Origin: Promethearchaeota archaeon
GTDB taxonomy: Archaea; Asgardarchaeota; Lokiarchaeia; Sigyniarchaeales; SOKP01
DNA length: 64,000 bases
Reading direction: 5' to 3'
Assembly: GCA_048937405.1 (NCBI GenBank)
Contig: JBHLNF010000005.1
Location: 192,001 to 256,000 of the forward strand
The notes below the pieces were generated by a model. That model saw only the letters and a list, made by a program, of their open reading frames with translations, searched no databases and was not told the origin of the DNA. Shown piece after piece: positions 39,769 to 49,721 of the stretch (position 1 is the stretch's first letter; the number at the start of each line of letters is the position of its first letter). Both the position numbers and the translations under genes were made by a program.

Positions 39769-40866
39769 TCAATATACGCTTTTATCTCCAATAACCAAAT
39801 TATCTTTACTAATATTCTCAACTTTTACATTATTTCCAATTATAGAATTTTTTGAAATTATATTACTAAGATGAGCATTTGATTCAATTACGCTATTTTC
39901 TATAATACAATTTTCTAAATATGAATTTTTTCCAATTGAAATATAAGGTCCGATAACAGAATTAATTATTTTTGTATTTTTTCCAATATGAACAGGATTT
40001 TTTAAGAATGATCTCCCTACAGTAATGTTTAAATCCTTAAATTCTTCAGATTTGATAGAAAATTGTTCTAAAAGATATTTGTTACCGTTTAGAAGTTCTG
40101 AAGGACGCCCAAGGTCTAAATTGCCCTTCTTTAATTCAACCGCAGCTATTTTATACCCTTGATCTACTAAATCCTGTAAACTTTGTGTCATATAAACTTC
40201 CCCAGAATTATTGGTTCTTTGATCTAAATATTTTTTCAGATTTCTGAATAATGCGCATGTTGCACTATTTGAAAATGCATATGGTCCAGCAATAGCGAGA
40301 TCGGATATAAATTCTTTTGGTTTTTCAACTAATTCTTGAATTAAATTATTTCCATCTACAGTAACAATTCCATAAGAACTTGCATTTTCCTTTGGTACTT
40401 TCATGACTGTTATTATCCCATCTACATCAGATTCCCAATACTTATACATTAAATATGAATACTCATCAATAGGAATCATATCACTTAAGAAAATAAGTGA
40501 TCCTTCTTTTTTATCATCTTTAAGACTTTTCGAAGGAGATTCCGTAAATCTTGTATGTGCTAAATAGATAGCTTCTCCTAAGCCCCAATAATATGGAATA
40601 CCTTCTTTATAACCTCTAGGGACTTGTTCAATGAATGTCAATTTAAACTTATCATCATAGTGTTTTCGAATATATTCCATTATTTGTCTTTTCTTATAAC
40701 CAACTATTAAAATTAGTTCTGTATCTGAATCAAATGTGTTAATAAATTTTGTTAGAATATGATCTAAGACAGTTTTTCCTGCAACTCTTAAGAATGCTTT
40801 TGGTTTACTTAATGTAAATGGTCGTAACCGTGATCCGATACCTGCAATGGGTCCTATTATTTTCAT
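39769..40866 (-). CDS. Sugar-phosphate nucleotidyltransferase with left-handed beta-helix tail
   Basis: AGIGSRLRPFT..PK, LVEKP and hexapeptide repeats. Confidence 0.88.
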   Translation of the reverse strand: MKIIGPIAGIGSRLRPFTLSKPKAFLRVAGKTVLDHILTKFINTFDSDTELILIVGYKKRQIMEYIRKHYDDKFKLTFIEQVPRGYKEGIPYYWGLGEAIYLAHTRFTESPSKSLKDDKKEGSLIFLSDMIPIDEYSYLMYKYWESDVDGIITVMKVPKENASSYGIVTVDGNNLIQELVEKPKEFISDLAIAGPYAFSNSATCALFRNLKKYLDQRTNNSGEVYMTQSLQDLVDQGYKIAAVELKKGNLDLGRPSELLNGNKYLLEQFSIKSEEFKDLNITVGRSFLKNPVHIGKNTKIINSVIGPYISIGKNSYLENCIIENSVIESNAHLSNIISKNSIIGNNVKVENISKDNLVIGDKSVY

Positions 40867-40890
40867 TGTTATTTGATTAGAAGAATTTTA

Positions 40891-41667
40891 TTAATAGAAT
40901 TTAGATTTATCAGAATCAAACACTCTTTGTAAATGTCCAAATAAATAATCTAAACCGCTTTCTTCTTTAATTGAACAAGGAATTAATTCACTTGTTGATC
41001 CCATTTGAATAAAAACTTCTGAAATTAACATTGATAACTCACGAATTAATCCTTTTTCTCTTTCATTTGTGGAATCTTCTAATGCCTGAAAATCTTGACT
41101 CCAATTAATTATCATATCGATTTGATCATCATCAATAAGATCTGTTTTTGAGAGGATGTTTATTAAAGGAATTTTTTGAAATCTAAATTGTACGGAAGCA
41201 GCAAGAAGTAATGTTGAAATGAACCCATTAGGACGAAGTACAAAATTAGAGTCAAATAAAAAACTCACAGATCTTTGAATATCTCCAAATCCAAGAGTAC
41301 TAGCTATTAATGGACCCGTTTCTCTAAACGCAAAAAGCTCAAGTTGCCCAGCTGTATCCACAAATATCCAATCTGGATTATAATCATCGATTTCTTCCTT
41401 TAAATCATCTAAATAATTAACCATTAAATCTGAGGCTAAAATTAGACCTCCATTTGGACCAAGTGTATATTGTTCCATAATTTCCTCTAAAATGATATAG
41501 TCTCTAATATCAATATCTGGTGTGTAAGGCATAGTTTTTACTCCGGGATCCAGATTTAATGTAATTGCTGAGATTTCTGGATCTCGATTTATTACATAGT
41601 TTTTAATCTCTCCTGTAAGAGTGCTTTTCCCACTTCCTGCTGTACCTATAAAATAATTTAATAGAAT
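40891..41667 (-). CDS. GPN-loop GTPase; probable ATT start at 41667
   Basis: P-loop GTAGSGKST and NLDP lie upstream of the tracked ATG; LGPNGG, DTAGQLELF and SKTD motifs. Confidence 0.88.
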   Translation of the reverse strand: MLLNYFIGTAGSGKSTLTGEIKNYVINRDPEISAITLNLDPGVKTMPYTPDIDIRDYIILEEIMEQYTLGPNGGLILASDLMVNYLDDLKEEIDDYNPDWIFVDTAGQLELFAFRETGPLIASTLGFGDIQRSVSFLFDSNFVLRPNGFISTLLLAASVQFRFQKIPLINILSKTDLIDDDQIDMIINWSQDFQALEDSTNEREKGLIRELSMLISEVFIQMGSTSELIPCSIKEESGLDYLFGHLQRVFDSDKSKFY

Positions 41668-41808
41668 TCTGAAAAACCTCAGTTATAAGATTATATTGAT
41701 ATATACAGATTTTTTAGGTCATTAAAGATCATTCATTAAGTAAGTGATTTCAAATCTTCAGAATTTGATAGGAAATATAATCTTGAGGATTAATTAAAAT
41801 TTTATTAA

Positions 41809-42777
41809 TCACTTTGGTGGATTTAATTTTTCTAATTGAATTTCTTTATTTTGTTGTTTCTTCAATCGTTTAATTTGATTTTTTATAGCCTCTTCTTCTT
41901 TTTTCATTAATTCGTCTTCACTAAGCATAATTGAATTTAATTCTTCTTCAGATAATGGCTTTAAGATATTTTTAATATTGAATTCATTATTTTCATTGAC
42001 ATTTATTGTAAAAATTGATTTCATTTCTTTAATTACCATTAATTTATCCGCTGACATCTGTCCTTGTATTAAAGCTGGTTTTGTAGAGACTTTAATTCTC
42101 TCAATTGCTAGTCCAGATCCTCCTCTATTAGGTATAGAAGGAACATATTGAATATTGGTTGGAGGAATATTTTGAAATGATAGAGATAAATTTTGTAAGG
42201 CTTGTTCTATCCTTTTTAAAGTCTTATTACCTTCACTTATCAAGTGTGATAATGAATTCTCTTCAAATGAGCCCTCAATTTTACTTTTCTGATAGATGAG
42301 AGTCCTCTCTTCCTTATTTTCATGTACATTTTTCTTTATTTCCTGAAATATTTTCTCTTGTGATATTTTGCCTGAAAAATTTCTTTTGTTCTGTAATTCT
42401 TCAAATTCGAAGCCATCATAGCACTCATCATTAACCCATATATCCAATATATTGTAGCTTTCTTCAAAATAATATTGAAATTTTTGACCAGAGAATAAAA
42501 AAATTGATACTCTCAATATTTTAATTTGTAACTCATCAACGTTAATCAACTCATCTAATTCAATGGAGAAGGATAGAGATTCCGAAGAGTGATATAACTT
42601 TTTAATTGCAATAAGATAGGGAGGTTGATGAGGATGTATTGCTTGTCTTGAAATCTCAAATTGTAATGTTAATCGTTTTATTTTTTCTGGAAGAAATAAA
42701 ATTTGTTCTTCTTCATTTTTTTTGAATTCCAAAAATAATTTGTGTTGATCGTCCCAAAAAATATGGAACAATTCCAT
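41809..42777 (-). CDS. Hypothetical protein with C-terminal coiled coil
   Basis: 322-aa ORF. Confidence 0.6.
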   Translation of the reverse strand: MELFHIFWDDQHKLFLEFKKNEEEQILFLPEKIKRLTLQFEISRQAIHPHQPPYLIAIKKLYHSSESLSFSIELDELINVDELQIKILRVSIFLFSGQKFQYYFEESYNILDIWVNDECYDGFEFEELQNKRNFSGKISQEKIFQEIKKNVHENKEERTLIYQKSKIEGSFEENSLSHLISEGNKTLKRIEQALQNLSLSFQNIPPTNIQYVPSIPNRGGSGLAIERIKVSTKPALIQGQMSADKLMVIKEMKSIFTINVNENNEFNIKNILKPLSEEELNSIMLSEDELMKKEEEAIKNQIKRLKKQQNKEIQLEKLNPPK

Positions 42778-42932
42778 ACTAAATTTTTCCCTTTTTATTT
42801 TTGATTAAAGCATACAATTCGATATATCTACCACTTTAATTCACGCATTAATAAAAAATATAGCCGGATAAGTAATTTAATGATTTACAATAATTAACCT
42901 ATTAAAATAATGGAATAAAATTAGAACAAATT

Positions 42933-43319
42933 CTAATTAGCTTTTTTTAATTTTGATAAATAGTAAATTGGTCTTTTTATCTGGGTTTTAAAATACTCAA
43001 TCTCTTCTTTTGTATGATCTCCAATATAATCATTAACATCCAAGACTAGTATAGCTTCTTGATCTTCTAATTTTTTTAAGGCAATTTCCTGCAATTTTTC
43101 CCATTCTGTAGAAGAAAAGTCGTTTTTATTTAATAGCCCATCAACTGAACAAATTGAGACAATTTTTTTATAAATTATTTGTAAAATGGACTCGATTTTA
43201 ATAAAATATTCTTTGAACTTTATAGAACCAACCAAAAAGATTTTATCTTCTTTTATTTTTGAAAAATCATACACACTGAATTCATGCAAGAAATTCTTAT
43301 TTAATCGTTCTTTTACCAT
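42933..43319 (-). CDS. Hypothetical protein with a nucleoside 2-deoxyribosyltransferase-like Rossmann fold
   Basis: IFLVGSIKF..EAILVLD..YIG..T..EIEY..PIYY pattern. Confidence 0.5.
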   Translation of the reverse strand: MVKERLNKNFLHEFSVYDFSKIKEDKIFLVGSIKFKEYFIKIESILQIIYKKIVSICSVDGLLNKNDFSSTEWEKLQEIALKKLEDQEAILVLDVNDYIGDHTKEEIEYFKTQIKRPIYYLSKLKKAN

Positions 43320-43355
43320 AATATAATTTATTCTGAATTAATTTTTAAGTTTCAC

Positions 43356-44156
43356 ATGGAATTAAACAAGGTTTACTTAGCAGAAAATCTAGAATTTTTA
43401 AAAAAATTAGATTCAAATTTAATTGATTTGATTTATATAGATCCTCCTTTTTTTAGTGGAGTAGATTATAAAGAATTTTCTGACTTATGGAAATCCTTAG
43501 ATGACTATTTAAGCTTTATGATGATAAGGATTAAAGAAATGTATAGAGTACTTAAAGAAACTGGAAGTTTTTATTGCCATTGTGACAATAATGCTTCATT
43601 TGAATTAAAGACTATATGTGATAAGGTTTTTGGGCGAAAATTTTTCAGAAGAGAAATCATTTGGAATGTAGGAAGTGTCTCAGGATTTAAAAGTCAAGTA
43701 AAAGGTTGGATAAGACAACATGATAAAATTTTATATTATACAAAATCAGAGAATTTTATATTTAATAAGCAATATACGCCCTACAAGGATGAATATATTA
43801 AAAAAATGTTCCGTTATAAAGATGAAAATGGTCGACTATATAGGAAAAGACGAGGTGGGAAACAATACTTGGATGATAAACCCGGTAATGCCATAGGTGA
43901 TGTATGGAATGATATATATTCATTTCAAACAACTACTAGATCAAAAGAATACCTTGGATATCCTACCCAGAAACCAGAAAAGTTAATAGAACGTATTATT
44001 TTAGCATCTTCAAATGAAGAAGATCTTGTAGCGGACTTTTTTTGTGGTACAGGTACAACATTAGCTGCTGCTAAAAGACTAAATAGAAACTGGATTGGAG
44101 TAGATAATAATTCCAAAGCTATTGAATTATGTAAAAAAAGATTAAATATTAAATAA
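43356..44156 (+). CDS. Beta-class amino (N6-A/N4-C) DNA methyltransferase, orphan in this window
   Basis: DLIYIDPPF (motif IV) precedes YPTQKP and DFFCGTGTT (motif I). Confidence 0.9.
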   Translation: MELNKVYLAENLEFLKKLDSNLIDLIYIDPPFFSGVDYKEFSDLWKSLDDYLSFMMIRIKEMYRVLKETGSFYCHCDNNASFELKTICDKVFGRKFFRREIIWNVGSVSGFKSQVKGWIRQHDKILYYTKSENFIFNKQYTPYKDEYIKKMFRYKDENGRLYRKRRGGKQYLDDKPGNAIGDVWNDIYSFQTTTRSKEYLGYPTQKPEKLIERIILASSNEEDLVADFFCGTGTTLAAAKRLNRNWIGVDNNSKAIELCKKRLNIK

Positions 44157-44208
44157 AATAATACTAACCAATTTAATTTATGCTAAGTATTTCTTAAAAA
44201 TAAGATAA

Positions 44209-44568
44209 ATGATTATTATGAAGGATAAGTATGCTTTATTTGCTTTTAATGGAGAACCAATGTGTTTTATTCATGTAATATTAAACGCATTAGAAATGGA
44301 TAAAAAAGGTTATGAAGTAAAGGTAATTATAGAAGGATCTGCTACTAAATTGGCAGATCAATTTGAAGATAAGAAGAATCCTTTTTATGAAAAATATCAA
44401 GAGTTAAAAAAATCTGGATTAATTGATTGTTTCTGTAAAGCTTGTAGTAATAAAATGGGAACTTTAAAAAAAGTTGAGGATCTTGGATTTCCTACTTGTA
44501 CCGAACTGATGGGACATCCAAGTATGGAAAAATATATTGAACAAGGTTATTCAATAATAACTTTCTAA
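44209..44568 (+). CDS. DsrE-like protein
   Basis: CFIH..LNA, IIEGSA, CKAC and GHPSM..Y..GY..ITF motifs. Confidence 0.75.
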   Translation: MIIMKDKYALFAFNGEPMCFIHVILNALEMDKKGYEVKVIIEGSATKLADQFEDKKNPFYEKYQELKKSGLIDCFCKACSNKMGTLKKVEDLGFPTCTELMGHPSMEKYIEQGYSIITF

Positions 44569-44579
44569 TTGAACTAAAA

Positions 44580-44957
44580 TTAATCTCTTTCTATAATTAC
44601 AGCAGGAATTCCAAGCCATTCTCTTGCCTCTTCAAGGTTTTCTACTATTTTTCTTTTGGGTGAATCTGCTCTTTCGAATAAAATCTCCGCTTCCTTTTTT
44701 AGGACAAGGTTTTTTGAAATAATATAGGCAGATTTAACTAATCTATCATTATTTCTTTTAAGAAGATCCAAAATCATTTCAAAAGATTTAAGATTTAACA
44801 AGATAAGATCTAAACCATCGACTATTACTGAAATACTTTTAAAATCTTTTGTTCTTTCCTCAAATTCTTCAATAAACCTTTCGGCAACTGAAGGAGGAAA
44901 CGTTCCAAGTGCTTTTACATAAAGGTGAGTTTCTCCTATCTTCTCGATTTTATACAT
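44580..44957 (-). CDS. STAS/SpoIIAA-like hypothetical protein
   Basis: C-terminal ENLEEAREWL signature; alpha/beta pattern. Confidence 0.55.
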   Translation of the reverse strand: MYKIEKIGETHLYVKALGTFPPSVAERFIEEFEERTKDFKSISVIVDGLDLILLNLKSFEMILDLLKRNNDRLVKSAYIISKNLVLKKEAEILFERADSPKRKIVENLEEAREWLGIPAVIIERD

Positions 44958-45129
44958 ATTCTAAAACTCAATAGTACAATTAATATAATTAATATTTATC
45001 AAATCTAAATATTTATTTTATTGTCCAATAAATTCTAAAAAAGTTATATTTATTTATAAATGAGATTCTGAATTTAGATGCAATGAAAGAATTTCACGTG
45101 AAGATATTAATTTCTTTTTTGAATTATCT

Positions 45130-45321
45130 TTAACCTGATTTACTTTTAACTTGTGCTGTTCCAATCAAATTATATTTTTTCCAGTCTTTCTTAGAGGTTG
45201 ATCTGATTGTATTCACATTTCCACACCCCTCACAACTTGATTTTCTTTCCCAATGCAAATACCCACATTCATTACAAATATATGGATATGTTTTCTTAAA
45301 TAATTTCCAATCTATTTTTAT
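45130..45321 (-). CDS. Small zinc-ribbon protein (63 aa; CNEC..CEGC); probable ATA (or ATT at 45324) start
   Basis: Open frame KIDWKLFKKTYPYICNECGYLHWERKSSCEGCG...; SD-like GGGGTGA upstream; in-frame stop just above. Confidence 0.6.
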   Translation of the reverse strand: MKIDWKLFKKTYPYICNECGYLHWERKSSCEGCGNVNTIRSTSKKDWKKYNLIGTAQVKSKSG

Positions 45322-45542
45322 AATCCATCACCCCTAATAACAAATTTCCGTGAATAATAAAATAATTCACTCTAATTAATTGATTTATTTACTTTTATAG
45401 AAAAATTCAGCTATTTAATTACAAAAGTAAAAGATTCGAGAGAAATAACTTAATTTTATAAAGTTAGTCTAAGAGAAAGATATGTTAAAATGATTGTGAA
45501 ATCGAGCTTTCACGAATAAATATCATAATTTAATAAGAAAAG

Positions 45543-45676
45543 TGGGGACTGAGGGATTTGAACCCCCGACCGACAGGTGTCCGCTATACAGCTTTTGCTT
45601 GTAGGATCTGGAGCCTGCTGTGCTACCGGATTGTGCTTACTAAGCGATTTTGCTTGGAAAACTACACCAAGTCCCC
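45543..45676 (-). tRNA. tRNA-Trp(CCA) with two introns: D-loop 15/16 (45631-45661) and 37/38 (45579-45607); CCA end not encoded
   Basis: Acceptor GGGGACT/AGTCCCC, D-stem GTGT/GCAC, anticodon stem GCAGG/CCTGT with loop CT-CCA-GA, T-arm GGGGG-TTCAAAT-CCCTC; BHB-like junctions. Confidence 0.9.
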
Positions 45677-45750
45677 AATCTCAAGTTAATTTACTAAAGA
45701 ATGTATGAAATAAATATTTTTTTCTAATCATGACAAATGAATATGAAAAA

Positions 45751-46740
45751 TTAGTAAAAGCAATTAGATTTGATATTAACTGTTTTTATTGTCGTTTTCT
45801 TTTTTGATGGTGAATCGCTTTTAATGAAATTCCATTTTAATTTGCCAATTAGCCATTTTCCTTCATTATTTGTGCCAATCTCCGTTTTTATAATTAATCC
45901 GTACTGCATCACAGGACACTTCTTACTTTCTGTGCCAATACAAAAATCTCCTAAAGAATAAGCAATTATTTTGTTGATGTTATTAATGGGAAAAAATGAT
46001 ATTGGTTGTGGACAATGTGAATGGTGCCCAATTAATGCATCAAATTTGTCTAACATTATCCTCCCGTGGTTAATGGTTCCTATACGGGGAAATAATTCCA
46101 GTTCATAACCCCAGTGTGGAAAAAGAATGTTAAATGCGCTTTTTTTAAGATAATGGTAAGAGTCCTCTAACTCAACTAAGTAATTACAGGGGCGGTTAGA
46201 CCATCGAGTGCTACCTACAACTCTTATTTTTTCAGATAAATCTATATATGGATTTTTTTCTGTCCCAAACACATTAAAACCTCGCTGAACCAATTGCTTT
46301 ATTGAAATCGTAAAACCATATATCCCAAAATCACCACTATGATTATTTGCAACTGATAAAAATGTCTTTTTTGGAGGGAATAAGGCTTCAAGAGTATCCA
46401 TTATCCAAGGTTTATGTCTTTTATCCATCAACTTTTTTTTCTCTGAAGTTATCGTTCCTTCAAAATTTCCAATAAGAAAATCGGATCCATCAATAAATTG
46501 ATGAACGCTATTATCAATTGTTAATTTCTTAGTGTTCAGAGCCATTATATCCCCTATGAATGAGACTCTATATTTAGGAGTGATTTTGTTTAATTGATAT
46601 TTTTTAGGAATGTAGTCTATTTTGCTATTATTATTTTTCTTTGGTCCAAAAAAAGTCCGTCGAAGCCTCCCAAAACTCTCTATTATTGAATAAGGAGTAG
46701 TAATATGACCATTATTAAAGAGTCGTCCAGACTTAATCAT
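45751..46740 (-). CDS. CapA family metallophosphoesterase
   Basis: FIGDIM, GNFE, SVANNH..DFG, HWGYE, IGHHSH and YSLGDF motifs. Confidence 0.85.
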   Translation of the reverse strand: MIKSGRLFNNGHITTPYSIIESFGRLRRTFFGPKKNNNSKIDYIPKKYQLNKITPKYRVSFIGDIMALNTKKLTIDNSVHQFIDGSDFLIGNFEGTITSEKKKLMDKRHKPWIMDTLEALFPPKKTFLSVANNHSGDFGIYGFTISIKQLVQRGFNVFGTEKNPYIDLSEKIRVVGSTRWSNRPCNYLVELEDSYHYLKKSAFNILFPHWGYELELFPRIGTINHGRIMLDKFDALIGHHSHCPQPISFFPINNINKIIAYSLGDFCIGTESKKCPVMQYGLIIKTEIGTNNEGKWLIGKLKWNFIKSDSPSKKKTTIKTVNIKSNCFY

Positions 46741-47188
46741 AAACTAAAATAGATTTAGATTATAATTTTTAGTTTTTGAAACAAAACTTGTAATGGATTT
46801 TTGGATAGTTACTGGATTTACGTATTAATTGCAATTGAAATAAAGAAAAAAATACATTGAATCCTTAGCTATTTATCTTAGTTTTTCACTACATTCCTTA
46901 ACAATACTAGATATTTTCCTTGTTTTTTAATTTGTATTGTATTATGGATTTTTGTAATCTTCTATGAAAAGATATAGAAAAAAATTTAATTCAATCCAAA
47001 TCCTAAACTCCCAAATAAAAGAAAATTTGTGATTACTGTATTTTCAATTTAGTACCGAAAATTTATAAATTCTTATGAAATTACATAAAATAATTTCTAA
47101 AAAGAATTAATTAGTTCTCTCAGAAAAAGCAAATTTTAAAAATTCAATTTGAAAAAACTCAAATTTAAATTTAAGGTGTAAAAATTAA

Positions 47189-47746
47189 ATGAAAATTATA
47201 GGTATTGTAGGTAGTCCAAGAGTAGATGGGAATACCCAAAAATTAGTAGATATCATTTTGTCAAGTAGCGCGGAAAATGGTGCAGAGACAAAAATATTTA
47301 ATTTAAATAAAATGGATATAAAAGGATGTCAAAGTTGTTATCACTGTAGGACTACTGATGATGGTTGTGCAATAAAGGATGATATGCCACAATTATTTGA
47401 AGAAATAATACAATCAGATGCATTGATAATTGGGTCACCTATCTATTTTGGACAAATGTCCGCTCAGTTAAAAATATTTATTGATCGTCATTATTCCCAA
47501 ATGAAACCAGATTTTAGAAATGAGATTGGCAAAAAGGATTTGGTCTTAGTTTATACTCAAGGTAATTCTGATATTGATCGATTTAAACAATATATTGATT
47601 CTACTTTAAGATTATACGGTTTTATGGGGTATAAAGTCAAAGATATAATGATTGCACCTGGGCTCCGTAAAATTGGTGCTATTTATCAAGAAAATGAGTT
47701 GGTGGAAAAAGCAAAAGAAATTGGAAAACAGTTATTACAAAATTAA
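47189..47746 (+). CDS. Iron-sulfur flavoprotein / flavodoxin family
   Basis: GSPRVDGNT, CQSCYHC..CAIKDD and GSPIYF motifs. Confidence 0.9.
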   Translation: MKIIGIVGSPRVDGNTQKLVDIILSSSAENGAETKIFNLNKMDIKGCQSCYHCRTTDDGCAIKDDMPQLFEEIIQSDALIIGSPIYFGQMSAQLKIFIDRHYSQMKPDFRNEIGKKDLVLVYTQGNSDIDRFKQYIDSTLRLYGFMGYKVKDIMIAPGLRKIGAIYQENELVEKAKEIGKQLLQN

Positions 47747-47827
47747 ACATTAGTACAGCGAAATAAAAGCATTTTAAAACAATAAAAAGAGTATTATCGT
47801 ATATAATTTATAAGAGATTAATTATAG

Positions 47828-48382
47828 CTAAAAATCTAAAACAAATTGATAGTAGATTTCTTCTTCTGAGCTTTTTATTTTTGTAGTTTTCTTAACTGTA
47901 ACTCCAATCAGTTCTAATGCTTTTTTTATATAACCCATAGTGACAAATTCAAAGAAGGGGTGATATTTTATAAAATCTATTAACTGAACATGTAATGTAT
48001 CTCCTTTAATTTCAACTTTTTCTACCCCTGCATCAAAATAATGAGTCCAGATATGAGCTAGAAACGTATTAATAAAATCATCAGATGTTCTTTTCTGTTT
48101 AATATATGCTTTGAGATAGCCTTGTTCATTTAGAGCAATTTGTGCTGCTTGTTCCCCAAAACTCCATAATACTTTCTGATTACCATTATGAAATTCTTTA
48201 ATCAATTTATCTATGAATGACAAATATGAATCTAGAGGAATTAGAGACGTCATAGTAACAATATTCGGAAACCCCGAATAATCCTTTTTAAATTTCTGGA
48301 AGAAGGTGTTCCAACGTTGTTCTCCAAAAGCTGAAATATGAGCATTTTTTATTGGAATAAAAGATATCCCTTTTGCATTTAT
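47828..48382 (-). CDS. Hypothetical protein (V4R/H-NOX-like fold possible); probable ATA start at 48382
   Basis: Frame extends 43 codons above the tracked ATG (NAKGISF..FGEQRW); SD-like GGTGGT upstream of ATA. Confidence 0.6.
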   Translation of the reverse strand: MNAKGISFIPIKNAHISAFGEQRWNTFFQKFKKDYSGFPNIVTMTSLIPLDSYLSFIDKLIKEFHNGNQKVLWSFGEQAAQIALNEQGYLKAYIKQKRTSDDFINTFLAHIWTHYFDAGVEKVEIKGDTLHVQLIDFIKYHPFFEFVTMGYIKKALELIGVTVKKTTKIKSSEEEIYYQFVLDF

Positions 48383-48591
48383 TTTAAACCACCACCATCA
48401 TTAGAATCACAATTCTTATTTTCTCTATTTAGTTCTATATAACATTTTAACTACTTAATAAATCATTTTTTTGTTTGATAGTTTTACGTTATATAAGAAC
48501 GAAAAGAGATTTTTTTTTTTATAAACCTTTTTAATCCTATCATTCACTTTTAAGACTAAGAGAAGAAATATATTAAATACATAGCAATTTA

Positions 48592-49101
48592 TTATAATTT
48601 TTCTCCACATTCTTCACAAAATTTAATATTTTCCTTGTTTTTCAATTTAGCACCGCAATTAGAGCAAAAATTATTCATTTTGGGTAAAGTGGTACTCTCT
48701 TCTAATATTTCATAGTCAAAAGTTTCTTTCTCTTCTTCAGTATGTTCAAGTTCAATATTACAATTATCGCAAAATTTACTTTTTGAGGATATATATTTCC
48801 CACATGAAATGCATTTGTACCAGAGTTTTAAACCACAATTTCTGCAAAAATCACTATATTTAGTTATAGGAGCATTACAACGGGGGCAAGTTTTTTTTTC
48901 TAACCAAAAATAATGAGAAGTCATTTGAAATACAATTAATAATAATAAAGTTAGGGGGAGTAGCACCCACCATATAGGACTTATTAGAAGGGATAATATA
49001 AAAGATAAAGCTGTAATTATAATAAAGATTAATACAAATACTCCTATAGATCCTCTTTTCTTTATATTCTTGCCACTAATGTTCACGGAAATAACTTTCA
49101 C
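48592..49101 (-). CDS. Membrane protein with double zinc-ribbon domains
   Basis: Two TM helices, then six CxxC motifs. Confidence 0.8.
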   Translation of the reverse strand: MKVISVNISGKNIKKRGSIGVFVLIFIIITALSFILSLLISPIWWVLLPLTLLLLIVFQMTSHYFWLEKKTCPRCNAPITKYSDFCRNCGLKLWYKCISCGKYISSKSKFCDNCNIELEHTEEEKETFDYEILEESTTLPKMNNFCSNCGAKLKNKENIKFCEECGEKL

Positions 49102-49165
49102 TAAAATGAATCATTTCTTATGAATCATAATATTTCTTTAACTTTAAGATATATGATTAAAAAAG

Positions 49166-49324
49166 CTAAGTGATGGTTGTTTTACAATAAGGACAAATTA
49201 TGGTATCTTTATCTATTTTTTCTCCACACGCAAAACAAAATATTTTTTCAAGACTGTATAAGATTTTTTCATTATTTTTATTCAATTTTTCTAATATATC
49301 ATTGTTATTTTTTTCATCAAACAT
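49166..49324 (-). CDS. Small zinc-ribbon protein (52 aa; CFAC..CPYC)
   Basis: ATG..TAG ORF MFDEKNN...IFCFACGEKIDKDTIICPYCKTTIT, below the track cut-off. Confidence 0.65.
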   Translation of the reverse strand: MFDEKNNNDILEKLNKNNEKILYSLEKIFCFACGEKIDKDTIICPYCKTTIT

Positions 49325-49501
49325 AGATTAATCTCATTATTATTGATATAAAATTTAGTATAATTAAAATTAGAACAAATAGCTTTAATAAAAAATTGTA
49401 GACCAATATTTAAGTGAATTATTTTAAGATGACAAAATTTAAGAGTAATAAATTTCTTAAATTATTATAGAAAATTCATAAGATTATTGGTTAAAATAAA
49501 A

Positions 49502-49708
49502 ATGCCTGGTTCTCATGGTTCTTTAACAAAAGCAGGAAAAGTAAAAATGCAAACTCCAAAAATTGAGAGGACTGGAGTAAATGCTATTAAAAAAAAGGCT
49601 CCTAGAATGAGATTTCGCGAATTATATATCCAGAGAATATTAAAGGGTGGTTTCGGGGGTCAAAAAGATAGTCTTGGAGCGAAAAGATCTCAATTTTCAA
49701 GAAGATAA
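49502..49708 (+). CDS. rps30e: 30S ribosomal protein eS30 (S30e)
   Basis: SHGSLTKAGKVKMQTPKI signature. Confidence 0.92.
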   Translation: MPGSHGSLTKAGKVKMQTPKIERTGVNAIKKKAPRMRFRELYIQRILKGGFGGQKDSLGAKRSQFSRR

Positions 49709-49721
49709 AAAAAAATTTTTT

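Noticed and set aside
45579-45607. Possible box C/D guide RNA in the tRNA-Trp intron, as in Euryarchaeota
   Set aside because: The intron is only 29 nt and lacks C (RUGAUGA) and D (CUGA) boxes
49487-49708. Possible ubiquitin-like fusion to eS30, as in eukaryotic FAU
   Set aside because: Only five extra codons lie upstream of the ATG in the tracked ORF; no Ubl domain
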